64,000 bases of DNA, taken from Acidobacteriota bacterium. Lineage in GTDB: Bacteria; Acidobacteriota; UBA6911; RPQK01; JAJDTT01. A program made the translations under genes and the position numbers. Positions within the stretch are counted from its first letter, which is position 1. Each line of letters begins with the position of its first letter. Positions 9,805 through 19,791 of this stretch are shown in pieces. The notes under the pieces were generated by a model. It ran no database searches. It was not told the origin of the DNA and saw only the letters and a list, made by a program, of their open reading frames with translations. Location of the stretch: the NCBI GenBank assembly GCA_965217775.1, contig CBDCJH010000002.1, forward strand, positions 5,472,001-5,536,000. The letters are read 5' to 3'.

Positions 9805-11100
9805 ATGAGTCGATCGTCCATTCATCGGCGCTCTTTCCTGTCCCGTTCGGCAGGGGCCGGACTGGCGCTGGCGGGGTTTCCCGGCATCCTCAGTGCGCGC
9901 AACGTCAACAACAACATCAACGTCGGAATCGTGGGTCCGGGAGGGCGCGGCACCGGTCTCCTGAAGAGGTTTTTGGAGAGCGGCAGCCAATACGGAGCCC
10001 GCCTCACGGCAGTCTGCGATCTCTGGAACTACCGCCGCGATCGGGCCGCTGCCCTGGTCGAGGAAAAGGAAGGCCGGGCACCCCGGATCTACCGTCACCA
10101 TGAGGAGATCCTGGCGGACAAGGAAGTGGATGCCCTCATCATCGCCACTCCCGACCATGCCCACGCCCAGATTCTCAAGTTGGCCGCCGAAGCCGGGATG
10201 GACGCTTACTGCGAGAAACCCATGTCCAACGTGCTTTCCGAGGCCAACGAGGCGCTGGATGCCGTGCGCAAGGCGGGGGTCATCGTCCAGATCGGCACCC
10301 AGAGGCGAGCCAATCCCCGGTACCGGAAGGCGACCCGCATGATCGCCGACGGACTGATCGGGGACGTGGTCAAGGTGGACCTCCACTGGAGCTTCTACAG
10401 TCCCTACCGCTGGGCCCGGAAGAAAAAGGACCTCCTGATGGCTCGGGAGAGCGACCTGGACTGGAACACTTGGCTCATGGGACGGCCAAAGCGGCCCTTT
10501 GATCCCCGCATCTTTCGCAGCTTCCGCCTCTTCAAGGACTTTTCCAGCGGAATCATCGACCAGTGGATGAGCCACGGCATCGATCTGGCCCACATGTTGA
10601 CCGGTGTCTCCTATCCGGTGAGTGCCGTGTCCCACGGCGGAATCTACAAGTGGAAGGACTATCGGGAGAATGCCGATACCCAGGAAGTCGCCCTGGAGTA
10701 CCAGAAGGGTGACGGCAAGTTCCTGGCCGTCTACTCCACCAATTGGATCAACGGTTACGGCAACGGCACCCGGGTCCACGGCACCCTGGGGAGCTTCGAG
10801 GGGGAGTCCTTCTCCAACCCCGACGCGGATTGGCAATTCTCCGGCCAGGGCGTGAACTCCGAGGGCAAGATCCAGGATCGCATCGTGGTTCCCCGGGAGT
10901 CCGTAGACATGGACGAAATGGGAATGGCTCACATGACCAACTGGCTGGACGCCGTGCGCCGCCGAGACCCCAAGGGGCTGTTCTGTCCCGTCGAGGCCGG
11001 CTACGGTCACTCCATCGCCTGCATCATGGCGACCGACGCCTACTGGAGCGGCAAGCGCATGGTGTTCGATCCCAAGACGCGAGTCATTCAGGCCGGCTGA
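9805..11100 (+). CDS. Tat-exported Gfo/Idh/MocA family oxidoreductase
   Basis: HRRSFL Tat motif, GIVGPGGRG, IATPDHAH, YCEKP, QIGTQRR; ATG at 9805 after GGAGG. Confidence 0.92.
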   Translation: MSRSSIHRRSFLSRSAGAGLALAGFPGILSARNVNNNINVGIVGPGGRGTGLLKRFLESGSQYGARLTAVCDLWNYRRDRAAALVEEKEGRAPRIYRHHEEILADKEVDALIIATPDHAHAQILKLAAEAGMDAYCEKPMSNVLSEANEALDAVRKAGVIVQIGTQRRANPRYRKATRMIADGLIGDVVKVDLHWSFYSPYRWARKKKDLLMARESDLDWNTWLMGRPKRPFDPRIFRSFRLFKDFSSGIIDQWMSHGIDLAHMLTGVSYPVSAVSHGGIYKWKDYRENADTQEVALEYQKGDGKFLAVYSTNWINGYGNGTRVHGTLGSFEGESFSNPDADWQFSGQGVNSEGKIQDRIVVPRESVDMDEMGMAHMTNWLDAVRRRDPKGLFCPVEAGYGHSIACIMATDAYWSGKRMVFDPKTRVIQAG

Positions 11101-11111
11101 CCAAGCGGCAG

Positions 11112-11154
11112 GGTCCGGCGTTCCATGGCAGGAACCGCCGGGCCGTTTGAATTT
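11112..11154 (+). terminator. Putative intrinsic terminator
   Basis: GC-rich stem (GGTCCGGCGTTCC/GGAACCGCCGGGCC) followed by GTTTGAATTT. Confidence 0.45.
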
Positions 11155-11198
11155 CGGTGCATTTCGCCCGAATGCGTGGGTTTTAAAGTCAGATCCAC

Positions 11199-11230
11199 TG
11201 TGAAATAATTGTGACAGTGGCGTGAATATT
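11199..11230. promoter_or_regulatory. Three YGTGA direct repeats at 11-bp spacing, candidate OmpR/PhoB-type binding site
   Basis: TGTGA at 11199 and 11210, CGTGA at 11221; upstream of a TonB receptor gene. Confidence 0.4.
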
Positions 11231-11361
11231 CCATGACTGGACCAGGCGCAATAAACCGGCATCCCCACCTCATGGCGTCGCGTCAGAGAAATCGAATATA
11301 ACGTTGCCCAACCTGCACACGCACACGAACTAGACCAGTACCAACTGATTGGAGGCACATC

Positions 11362-14247
11362 ATGACGTTATCATTCTCGCGAAAGCGGTGGTTTCCCGCA
11401 ACGCTGGGTTTACGCGCAGTCGGCGTACTTGCGGCACTGGCTCTGGCAACCCTGATGGCTACGGGTTCCGCTGCCGGCCAATGTCTTGAGGTCCGGGTCC
11501 TGGACCCCTCCGCCGCCGCGATAGCCGGCGCTTCGGTACTGATCGGAGATCAGGAAAAGACCACCGACGAATCCGGGACCGCGGAATTCTGCGATCTCGG
11601 TCCGGCTCCGCACGCGGTCGTGATCGTCGCTCCCGATTTCCAAGTGCTGGAAGACCTGGTGCAGAAATCCGAGGGCAGGGTCGCCTTCACGCTGGAGGTC
11701 CTCCTGGAGACCGAACTGATCGTGGTCGGGACGCGCGCCGAAGCGCGGTCCAGCACCGAATCGATGGTTCCCGTCGACGTGATCGGCGGCGCGGATTTCA
11801 CCAATCAGGGAACCACCGACGTGACCGACCTGATGCGCACGCTGACCCCCTCGTTCAACGTCAACACCCAGCCCATCAGCGACGCGGCCACCATCGTGCG
11901 GCCGGCCAACCTGCGCAACATGGCCCCGGACCACACGCTGATCCTTGTCAACGGCAAGCGCCGCCACCGCGCAGCCGTAATCGCCTGGCTGGGCAATGGT
12001 ATTGCCGACGGGGCGCAGGGGCCGGATCTGTCCACCATACCCGCCATCGCTCTGCGGCAGGTCGAGGTGCTGCGCGACGGCGCGGCCGCGCAATACGGTT
12101 CCGACGCCATTGCCGGCGTCATCAACTTCGAGTTGAAGAACGCCCGCTCCGGGGGCAGCGTGGAGTTCCGCACCGGCCAGTACTTCGACGAGAACGACGG
12201 CGACCCGGGCTCGTGCGGTCCCATCGGCCGCTCGTGCAACGGCATCGGCGGTCGCGGTATGAACTACGCTTTCGCCGGTAACGTGGGTCTGCCGCTCGGC
12301 CCCGAAGGGTTCGTGAATATCAGCCTCGAGTACGGCGGCACGCAGCCCACCAATCGGGCCGTGAATGACAGCGGTACGGCGGCGGTGATCAACGGCGGCA
12401 ACGCCCACGTGCGGACCACGTCGCGTGTCTGGGGCACGCCGCTGGTCGAGGACGATCTGAAGCTGTTCGCCAACTTCGGCACCGGGGGGGATCGGGCGGA
12501 GTTCTACGGCCACACGAACTACGCCAGCAAGAAGGTGACTGGCGGCTTCTATTACCGCAATCCCAACAACCGCGGCAACGTGTATTCGGTCGACGGCGGC
12601 GAGTCGTTGCTGGTCGGCGACGGGCTGGCGGCGAAGGGCACGGGCTCGGCCAATTGCCCGACGGTCAACATCGTCGACGGCACGCCGGATCAGGCCGCCT
12701 TCGCGGCGGTCCGCAACGATCCGAACTGCTTCACGTTCCACCAGCCGTTCCTTGGCGCACCGGACGGCCTGCCGGGCGGCTTCACGCCCCAGTTCGGCGG
12801 CGACGTCAACGATTACTCACTGGTCTCCGGCGTGCGCGGGACCGCGATGAACGGACTCCACTGGGACATCAGCGGTTCCACCGGCCGGAGCCACGTGCAG
12901 ACCTTCATCTTCGACACGGTCAACGCCTCTCTCGGCCCCGAGAGCCCGACCCGGTTCGAGCCGAACCTGCTGCAGCAGACCGAAAACAGCCTCAACGCGG
13001 ACATGTCGTACGCCGCGAGCGACATGATCAACGTCGCCGGGGGCTTCGAGTGGCGGAACGAGCAGTACCACCTCGGCGAAGGCGATCAGGCGTCCTGGGC
13101 GATCGGCCCCTACGGCGCGCAGGGCTTCAGCTCCGCCTCCAACGGCTACAACGGCACCCGACCCGAGAACGCCGGCACCTGGGACCGCGCCAATTACGCG
13201 GGGTACGGGGACGTCGAGCTGCACGGCGGCGCCAACGACTGGAACCTCGGTGCCGCCGTACGCGTCGAGGACTTCTACGACAGCTTCGGCACGACGATAA
13301 ACGGCAAGCTGTCGGGGCGCTATGGCGTCACCGACATCTTCGCGCTGCGCGCCGCGGTCAGCAGCGGCTTCCGCGCCCCGACGCCGGGTCAGCAGAACGT
13401 GCTGAACGTGACGACCGAGTTCGACTACGCGCTGAACGACCTGATCAACAACGGCACCATCCCGTCCACATCGCCGGTCGCGGCACTTCGGGGCGGGGAG
13501 CCCCTGCAGCCGGAACAGTCGACCAACTACTCGTTCGGGACGGTCGTCGACACCGGTGGTCCGTTCACCGTCACCGCCGACTATTTCCGCGTCAACGTGT
13601 CGGACCGGCTCACCATCACGAGGAACTACAGCCTTTCGGTGGACGAGGTCGCGACGCTGGTGGCCGACGGGATTACCGAAGCCGGCAACCTTGCCGCGTT
13701 CCGCTTCTTCGTGAACGACTTCTCGACCCTCACGCAGGGGGTCGACGTCGTCGCGTCCTGGACGCCGCTGGCCATCGGCGGACGGACCACGTTCACCGGC
13801 GTCTTCAACTACACCGACACGCAAGTGACCGAGTTCAGCGAGGAGCACTTCGACACGGACCGAGTCACGTCGCTGACCGTGGGGCTGCCGAGGATTCGCT
13901 GGAACTTCGGGGCCACCCACACCGCAAACCGCTGGACCCTGATGACCCGGCTGCACTACTACGGTTCGTACTGGGATCGGGAGGACGCGCGCTCGGCGAT
14001 GGGCGTGGCGATGTCGCACATGTATCCGCTGTACAGCGGCAAGCCGCTGGTCGACGTCGAGCTCGGCTTCCCGATCAGCGACGTCACGCTGTCGATCGGG
14101 GCGCAGAACGTCTTCAATACCTACCCGGACGAGAATCCGGGCGCCCTCGCCGGGGTGGGCAACCGTTACGGCCAATTCGGGCCGTTCGGCTTCAACGGCG
14201 GCTACTACTATGTCCGGGTCGGCTACACCTTCGGCAACAACTTCTAG
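11362..14247 (+). CDS. TonB-dependent receptor (plug + barrel)
   Basis: VVGTRA, LVNGKRRH, EVLRDGAAAQYGSDAIAGVINF plug motifs; C-terminal Phe; GGAGG RBS. Confidence 0.93.
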   Translation: MTLSFSRKRWFPATLGLRAVGVLAALALATLMATGSAAGQCLEVRVLDPSAAAIAGASVLIGDQEKTTDESGTAEFCDLGPAPHAVVIVAPDFQVLEDLVQKSEGRVAFTLEVLLETELIVVGTRAEARSSTESMVPVDVIGGADFTNQGTTDVTDLMRTLTPSFNVNTQPISDAATIVRPANLRNMAPDHTLILVNGKRRHRAAVIAWLGNGIADGAQGPDLSTIPAIALRQVEVLRDGAAAQYGSDAIAGVINFELKNARSGGSVEFRTGQYFDENDGDPGSCGPIGRSCNGIGGRGMNYAFAGNVGLPLGPEGFVNISLEYGGTQPTNRAVNDSGTAAVINGGNAHVRTTSRVWGTPLVEDDLKLFANFGTGGDRAEFYGHTNYASKKVTGGFYYRNPNNRGNVYSVDGGESLLVGDGLAAKGTGSANCPTVNIVDGTPDQAAFAAVRNDPNCFTFHQPFLGAPDGLPGGFTPQFGGDVNDYSLVSGVRGTAMNGLHWDISGSTGRSHVQTFIFDTVNASLGPESPTRFEPNLLQQTENSLNADMSYAASDMINVAGGFEWRNEQYHLGEGDQASWAIGPYGAQGFSSASNGYNGTRPENAGTWDRANYAGYGDVELHGGANDWNLGAAVRVEDFYDSFGTTINGKLSGRYGVTDIFALRAAVSSGFRAPTPGQQNVLNVTTEFDYALNDLINNGTIPSTSPVAALRGGEPLQPEQSTNYSFGTVVDTGGPFTVTADYFRVNVSDRLTITRNYSLSVDEVATLVADGITEAGNLAAFRFFVNDFSTLTQGVDVVASWTPLAIGGRTTFTGVFNYTDTQVTEFSEEHFDTDRVTSLTVGLPRIRWNFGATHTANRWTLMTRLHYYGSYWDREDARSAMGVAMSHMYPLYSGKPLVDVELGFPISDVTLSIGAQNVFNTYPDENPGALAGVGNRYGQFGPFGFNGGYYYVRVGYTFGNNF

Positions 14248-14254
14248 GAGCGCT

Positions 14255-14333
14255 GGGAGCGGCGGTTTTCTTGCCGCCTGGAGGGGCGACTTTCTTGTCG
14301 CCCCTTGGGAGCAGCGACTTTCTTGTCGCCGAC
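14255..14333 (+). repeat. Tandem array of three GGAG-type REP-like hairpins
   Basis: GGGAGCGGCGGTTTTCTTGCCGCC, GGAGGGGCGACTTTCTTGTCGCCCC, GGGAGCAGCGACTTTCTTGTCGCCG. Confidence 0.75.
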
Positions 14334-14415
14334 AGGGGCGTCTAGGGGGGACGCAGTCCTCCCTAGACATTCCGGAATAAACGACAACCATCCGCCTCTT
14401 CTCATCGGACGAAAG

Positions 14416-14444
14416 AGGGCACCCACACAAAGGGGTGCCCTTAC
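14416..14444 (-). repeat. GTAG-type REP-like palindrome
   Basis: AGGGCACCCACACAAAGGGGTGCCCTTAC; near-identical to 23563-23589. Confidence 0.7.
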
Positions 14445-16108
14445 CGGTAGTCGATAAACACCTCCACCCCCTGAACCCGTATCGGCTTGAGCGGGGGCTT
14501 CCCGTTCCGGCGTCTCAGCCGAATCGTCAGCTCATTGAGCTCCTGCCGGACGGGAGCATTTTCGAATCGTAGTTCCCAGCTTCCCATCTCTCCCCGCAAC
14601 CCCCGCCCATTCAGCTCCAGCCGCAGATCGTCGTCCCACCGGCTGTATCCACTCAAACTCACTACCAGACTCAGCGATTCAATAACCCCATCCTCCCGAG
14701 CCCCCTCCAAGTCGTCCCCCACGAAAAGGCGAAGAGTCTTCTCCTGCCCCGCGCCGAGGTCGACGGGAAGCTGCATTTCTCCTCCCTCCTCCGGAGTCCT
14801 GGCCGCCATGTCCCTGGTGATGAAGTAATGCTTGTCCTTTCGTGAGATGAGCCCGGGATCGCCGATCTCCATCAGCATCTGCCGTTCTTCAGGGCTCAGG
14901 AGAGGATTCCGGGACGTATCGATCAAGGAGTTGACGGCATTGTGGCGCTGAATGCCGCTGGCGTGGGTGTCGAAGTTGAAAAGATGCAGCCCGCTCACGC
15001 CCTGGCCCCATAAACTCTGGGCCGCCGCCCGCATCATCTCCAGGCTGGCCCGTCCCGTCTTGGAACCCGTGTAATCTGTGACATAGAGGTCCGAGATCCC
15101 GCCGACCACCTGGACCCGGGTCCCGCGGGCCGCTTCCACGAAGCTGACCAAGTCCGGCGTCATATCCAGGTAGCCCCGGGTCGCAGGCGCCACCATGTCC
15201 ACCAGGTCCTCCCGGATCCAGGTCATCACATCGAATCCGATCTCCCGGTTCAGGGCCAAGGTAGGGAGAACCCGGACCATGAGAGTGATCCGGCGCCCCT
15301 TCTGACGTTCGATCTCCTCCAGCCGGTTGCGAATCCGCCGCACGAAGCCGGTCATGATGGGAACGCCCGCTTCCTCCCGGCCCTTTTTGAACACCATGGG
15401 GTGGCTCAGGAAATCGAGTTCGATCCCGTCCACGTCGTAGTCGCGGCAGATCTCCTCGATGAGTCCGAATTTCAGGTCCCGGACCTCCTGCTGGGTGTAG
15501 TCGAAGGCGTAGCTGAAATCCCGCCCGTAAAGGCTCACATAGCGGTCCGGAACATCTTGGCCGATGGCGACGTGGGGCCTATCCCGCTCCCACCGGCCCC
15601 GTTTCGACGGCCAGCGCTCCACCCAGTCCTTGTGGATGTCGTTCATCCTGAGACTGGCCCAGAATTTCATTCCCAGCTCGCGGGTGCGGGCCGCCCAGAT
15701 CTCCAAGGGGTCGGTCTCTTGCTCCAGAAGGCCCAGGACGTTTTGGGCCAGACGCCGGAAGTTGGGGTTCTCGAACTCGGTCATTCCCCGGCCGTACACT
15801 TCTCCCACCTGGGTGTCGTAGAGCACGTAGGTTCCATAGGAGGCGCACTGGATGAAGACGTCCACCTGAGTCCCTTCCAGTTCGTTGACCACACGGCAGA
15901 CCTGGTCGGGTGTGATGGGAGGGCCGTTCGCGTACAAAGCTCCGCTCCCCCCGTCGCTGTTGAGATAGAGGCGGGCCGGTTTGCGGGGCGCCGCCGCCGA
16001 TTCCTCTGCCTTATCCGAACTCCGCTCGGGTCCACTTCCGCCGCAGCCGCTGAGAAGGATCAGGGCCGCGAGCAACCAAGCGGAAACCATTCTAGTGACG
16101 GGTCTCAT
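14441..16108 (-). CDS. GHL10/DUF187-like TIM-barrel lipoprotein (putative glycoside hydrolase)
   Basis: Lipobox LSGC; LNSDGG, SLRMNDIH, YDVDGIELDF; paralog of 16585-18255 and 42200-43825. Confidence 0.75.
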   Translation of the reverse strand: MRPVTRMVSAWLLAALILLSGCGGSGPERSSDKAEESAAAPRKPARLYLNSDGGSGALYANGPPITPDQVCRVVNELEGTQVDVFIQCASYGTYVLYDTQVGEVYGRGMTEFENPNFRRLAQNVLGLLEQETDPLEIWAARTRELGMKFWASLRMNDIHKDWVERWPSKRGRWERDRPHVAIGQDVPDRYVSLYGRDFSYAFDYTQQEVRDLKFGLIEEICRDYDVDGIELDFLSHPMVFKKGREEAGVPIMTGFVRRIRNRLEEIERQKGRRITLMVRVLPTLALNREIGFDVMTWIREDLVDMVAPATRGYLDMTPDLVSFVEAARGTRVQVVGGISDLYVTDYTGSKTGRASLEMMRAAAQSLWGQGVSGLHLFNFDTHASGIQRHNAVNSLIDTSRNPLLSPEERQMLMEIGDPGLISRKDKHYFITRDMAARTPEEGGEMQLPVDLGAGQEKTLRLFVGDDLEGAREDGVIESLSLVVSLSGYSRWDDDLRLELNGRGLRGEMGSWELRFENAPVRQELNELTIRLRRRNGKPPLKPIRVQGVEVFIDYR

Positions 16109-16113
16109 CTCCA

Positions 16114-16551
16114 CTTCACCGGTGTTGCCAGATTACGCGCCAGAGGATGAAGAGCCCGCTGGCCAGGCAGCGGACCCGGACGTCGAAACGGTGCTCCAGG
16201 TATTCGTAGGCGCTGTAGAGTCGCAAACGGTGGTAGATAGGGAAGGAAGATCCGGTTGACGATGGGCACGCACAGCAGAATCACGAAGGGACCCACGAAG
16301 AAGATCTGGCCGTTCTCCTGGGTGACCAAGGGGAGGGCCATGAAGCTGTTGGCGCTGAAGAGAGTGGCGATCAGGGAGAGTCCCACCGGCATCCAGGCCA
16401 TGGAACGTCCGGCCAGGAAGAAGTCCCGGGTTGTATTCTGACCCCTGTAGAAGGAAGCCCCCAACAACACCGTGGCCGCCAGGTAACCAGCCAGGATGAT
16501 CCAATCCAGAGTCTCCCGCCCACCGGGTGCGATCGGCGATTCTGATGTCAT
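16114..16551 (-). pseudogene. Frameshifted, truncated SSS symporter
   Basis: DFFLAGRSMAWMPVGLSLIATLFS; a 1-nt frameshift near 16239 continues as IYHRLRLYSAYEYLEHRFDVRVRCLASGLFILWRVIW, then stops; most of the gene is missing. Confidence 0.85.
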
Positions 16552-16584
16552 GGACGGAAGCTCTCCAACCGTGGATCGTCCGGT

Positions 16585-18255
16585 TCAATCCTGGTAATCG
16601 ATGAACAGCTCGACGCCTTGGATCCGGATGGGATCCTGGCGCGAAGACGGCCGGTTCCGGAGGTCCAGAGACAACAGGTTCTTTCCTTGCTTCGGGGTCA
16701 CGCCTTCGAAACGCAGGGCGTCCCCCTCGAACCTTCCCCGCAACCCGCGGCCGTTCAACCGCACCCTCAGATCGTCGTCCCAGCGATCGTATCCCTCCAC
16801 CGAGACCATCAGGGAGGTGGATTCCAGAAACCCGTCCTCGCGCGCCGCCGCCACGTCGTCTCCCACCAGGAACCGCAATTCCCGGGTGTCGCCGCGGACC
16901 ATCTCGGTGGGAAGCTGCATCTCTCCTCCCGCCTCCGGTGTCAGCCCACCCATCTCCCGAGTCACGTAGTAATGCTTGTCCCTGCGGGCGATCATGGACG
17001 GATCGCCGATCTCCTTCAGGGCCTGGAGCTCTTCCGGACTGAACAGTACCCCCGGCTTGCCCTTGCCGGTAGCGTGGCAGTCGTAGTTGAACAGATGGAG
17101 GCTCGTCGCGCCGGCCTGCCAGGCGGCCGCCGCTGCCGCCCGTAGCATCTCGAGGGAGGCCCGGCCGGTCTTGCTCCCCGTATAGTCGCGCACGTAGAGG
17201 TCGGACAGGCCGCCGGAAATCTCGACGCCAGTCCCCCGCGCCAGCTCCACAAAAGGCGTCAAATCCGCCGAAATGTCCAGATAGCCGCGGGTCGCCGGCG
17301 CGATCATGTCCACCCATCCCTCCCGGATCCATGACGTGACGTCCAGCCCGATCTTCTCGTTGAGTTCCAGGGAAGGGAGGACCCGGGCCAGCAGCGTCAG
17401 TTTGCGCCCCTTGGTCTCACCGATCTTGTCCAGCCGCACGCGGACTTGACGAACGAAGTCGTTCATCAGAGGCATTCCCCGGGCTTCCTCCCCCTTCTTG
17501 AAGTAGTAAGGGTGGCTCAGAAAATCCATTTCGAAGCCGTCCACGTCGTAGTTGGTGCACACTTCCTCGATGATGGCCAGCTTTCGGTCGCGCACTTCTT
17601 CCAAGGCATATTCCATGGCCCAGGAGTAGCCGTGGGAGGGCTGGGGAGAGCGGTTCGAGTGATGCAGATAGCGGTCGGGTACGGCGGATCCGAGCCGCAC
17701 CTGGGGATTGGCCCGTTCCCACTGGCTCCGGAAGGAGGGCCAGCGCTCCGACCAGTCCTTGTGAATGTCGTTCATCCTCAGGCTAGGCCAGAATTGCATC
17801 CCCGCCTCACGGCTCCGGCGGCTCCAGATCTCCAGGGGATCCTGGCCCGCCTCCAGCATGGCGTCGACATTCCGGGCCCAGCGTCGAATTCCGGGATATT
17901 TCTCGAAGTCCCGCTTGTGGTCCTCGCTGATGGGCTTGGCATAGACTTCGGTGACCTGGGTCGGGTAGAGCATCTGCTCGTCGCTCCACTGGATGCACTG
18001 GATGAAGACGTCCACCTGGGTCCCTTCGATCTCGTTCACCGCCCGGCAGAGCTGCCGCGGCGTGAGGGGTGGCTCGAAAGCCATCAGAGCGGCGTCGCCG
18101 CCGTCGCTGTTCAGGAGCAGTCTGAGCCCGCCCGGGCGCCGAGTCTCCACCGGCGCCGCGCCGCCGGTCTCGGCGGGGTTGGATTCCTGGATGGAGCATC
18201 CGGACAACAGAGGAGCAATCAGAAGCCCGGTCAAAAGGCGGAAGCACTTGTTCAT
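16585..18255 (-). CDS. GHL10/DUF187-like TIM-barrel lipoprotein (putative glycoside hydrolase)
   Basis: Lipobox LSGC; LNSDGG, SLRMNDIHKDW, YDVDGFEMDF; close paralog of 14441-16108. Confidence 0.75.
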   Translation of the reverse strand: MNKCFRLLTGLLIAPLLSGCSIQESNPAETGGAAPVETRRPGGLRLLLNSDGGDAALMAFEPPLTPRQLCRAVNEIEGTQVDVFIQCIQWSDEQMLYPTQVTEVYAKPISEDHKRDFEKYPGIRRWARNVDAMLEAGQDPLEIWSRRSREAGMQFWPSLRMNDIHKDWSERWPSFRSQWERANPQVRLGSAVPDRYLHHSNRSPQPSHGYSWAMEYALEEVRDRKLAIIEEVCTNYDVDGFEMDFLSHPYYFKKGEEARGMPLMNDFVRQVRVRLDKIGETKGRKLTLLARVLPSLELNEKIGLDVTSWIREGWVDMIAPATRGYLDISADLTPFVELARGTGVEISGGLSDLYVRDYTGSKTGRASLEMLRAAAAAAWQAGATSLHLFNYDCHATGKGKPGVLFSPEELQALKEIGDPSMIARRDKHYYVTREMGGLTPEAGGEMQLPTEMVRGDTRELRFLVGDDVAAAREDGFLESTSLMVSVEGYDRWDDDLRVRLNGRGLRGRFEGDALRFEGVTPKQGKNLLSLDLRNRPSSRQDPIRIQGVELFIDYQD

Positions 18256-18446
18256 AAGGGTTCTCCCGGGAGGTGCCTGCGGCGGTCAGTATAGGCACGC
18301 CATGCCTCCAAGTGTAGTCTTTGACGGAGATGTCCCAGATCCATCTGCTCGCTGGCCGGCAAGCCCGTCAAGTTGCGGTTCGTCATGCGGTACACGAAGC
18401 TCTACTCCTTCCAGTTCCTCTCTGCAGACAAGTCCGGACGATCAAG

Positions 18447-18947
18447 ATGAAACAAATTGTGGAACGAACCTTCATCCTCGCCGCGATTCTCATTTGTTCC
18501 TGTGTCGGCGGACCCTGGACCACGGTGTCTGAATCGGGTACGAAAACAGACCGGAAAGAGGATCGCGCCCAGTTGAGCCGCATGCGTTCCGCCTTCATCC
18601 GGGCCATGAACGAGGGCACAGTGGAGGAATGGATCCAATCCCACCTGGACAGGGGCGTGGCCGTCATGCCGCCGGGCCGTCCAACGATCTCTTCACGGGA
18701 AGAAGTGTCCGCCTGGGCCCGGAGGCTCCTGCAAGAAAACCGGATCCACGATTTCGCCTTCACCGGGTCAAAGACGGTCGCCGGAGACTGGGCCTTCGAA
18801 AACGGGGTCTACCTGCTGGAATCGAGTCCCGCCGCCGGAGGCGAGAAACAGCGGCAGCGGGGCAAGATGATCTTCATATGGAAGCGCGGAACCGATGGAT
18901 GGAAGGGGGCGCTCATCTCTTTCAATTTCGACGGCTACTGGCCCTGA
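18447..18947 (+). CDS. SnoaL/DUF4440 (NTF2-like fold) secreted protein
   Basis: AVMPPGRPTI, GDWAFENG, GKMIFIWKR..DGWK; hydrophobic N-terminus. Confidence 0.75.
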   Translation: MKQIVERTFILAAILICSCVGGPWTTVSESGTKTDRKEDRAQLSRMRSAFIRAMNEGTVEEWIQSHLDRGVAVMPPGRPTISSREEVSAWARRLLQENRIHDFAFTGSKTVAGDWAFENGVYLLESSPAAGGEKQRQRGKMIFIWKRGTDGWKGALISFNFDGYWP

Positions 18948-19229
18948 GTCTGCACCTGCCGACGCAGGGTTGGGCGGAACAACTGCAGGTAATCACTCCG
19001 TCTCGCCCGAATGATTCCGGAATTCTGATTTGACGCTAGGGTTTTCGGTATTCTACAGGATAGGGGGTCTGCACGAGCTCAACCCTGCAGGAAGTCCATA
19101 GGTGTGGCCCTGTCTTCGCCGACGGTCGTACTTGGCCACTGAAGCGTAGTCCGAGGCGGCCGGAATGATCGGATCTATCGACGCGAATCTCAGGAACATT
19201 GTTTCGGAACGAAATCTGGGGAAGGGAAG

Positions 19230-19514
19230 ATGATTCAGCCGACTGACGTAGAAGCACGCAAGGGATACCGGATCTGGCTTCGGTACGCAGACGGATCTGC
19301 CGGCGAGATTGACCTGTCCCACTTAGCGGGGCGGGGCGTCTTCACAGCGTGGGAAGAACCGGGATTTTTCGAAAAGGTCCACATCGCCCCCCACAGAGCC
19401 ATTGCCTGGGACGATCATCTGGAGCTTTGCCCGGATGCTCTATACCTGGAACTCACCGGCAAATCCTTCGACGAATTGCCAGTTGAAATCGACACGATAA
19501 TTCGCAGTGCCTGA
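19230..19514 (+). CDS. DUF2442 domain protein (putative TA component)
   Basis: YRIWLRYADG, GVF..W....FF.KV, IAW...LELCPDALY. Confidence 0.85.
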   Translation: MIQPTDVEARKGYRIWLRYADGSAGEIDLSHLAGRGVFTAWEEPGFFEKVHIAPHRAIAWDDHLELCPDALYLELTGKSFDELPVEIDTIIRSA

Positions 19515-19767
19515 AATTTGCCGATTCCATGGGATCGTCATACGTATGTATGCTCTCGACCATGCCCCGCCACATTTCCACGTAGAGTATGGCGGCTATG
19601 AATCCTTGGTAGAAATCGAAAGCCTCGCCTTGACACGAGGTCGCCTTCCCTCTGGGGCTCGAAAGCTTGTCATCAAGTGGGCATCGCTTCATCAGATCGA
19701 ACTTCTGCAGGCATGGAATCGGGCGAGACGGCTTGAGTCGCCCGGTAGAATCGCTCCTCTGGAATGA
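19507..19767 (+). CDS. DUF4160 domain protein (putative TA component)
   Basis: MPEICRFHGIVIRMY..DHAPPHFHVEY, WA..HQ.EL..AW, IAPLE. Confidence 0.88.
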   Translation: MPEICRFHGIVIRMYALDHAPPHFHVEYGGYESLVEIESLALTRGRLPSGARKLVIKWASLHQIELLQAWNRARRLESPGRIAPLE

Positions 19768-19791
19768 AGCCGTAGTGAGACGAGTGGGATT

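Noticed and set aside
11101-11361. Cobalamin or TPP riboswitch upstream of the TonB receptor
   Set aside because: No B12-box or TPP consensus recognised; an Rfam scan would settle it
18948-19229. Possible small ORF or ncRNA before DUF2442
   Set aside because: No convincing motif, RBS or stable structure seen
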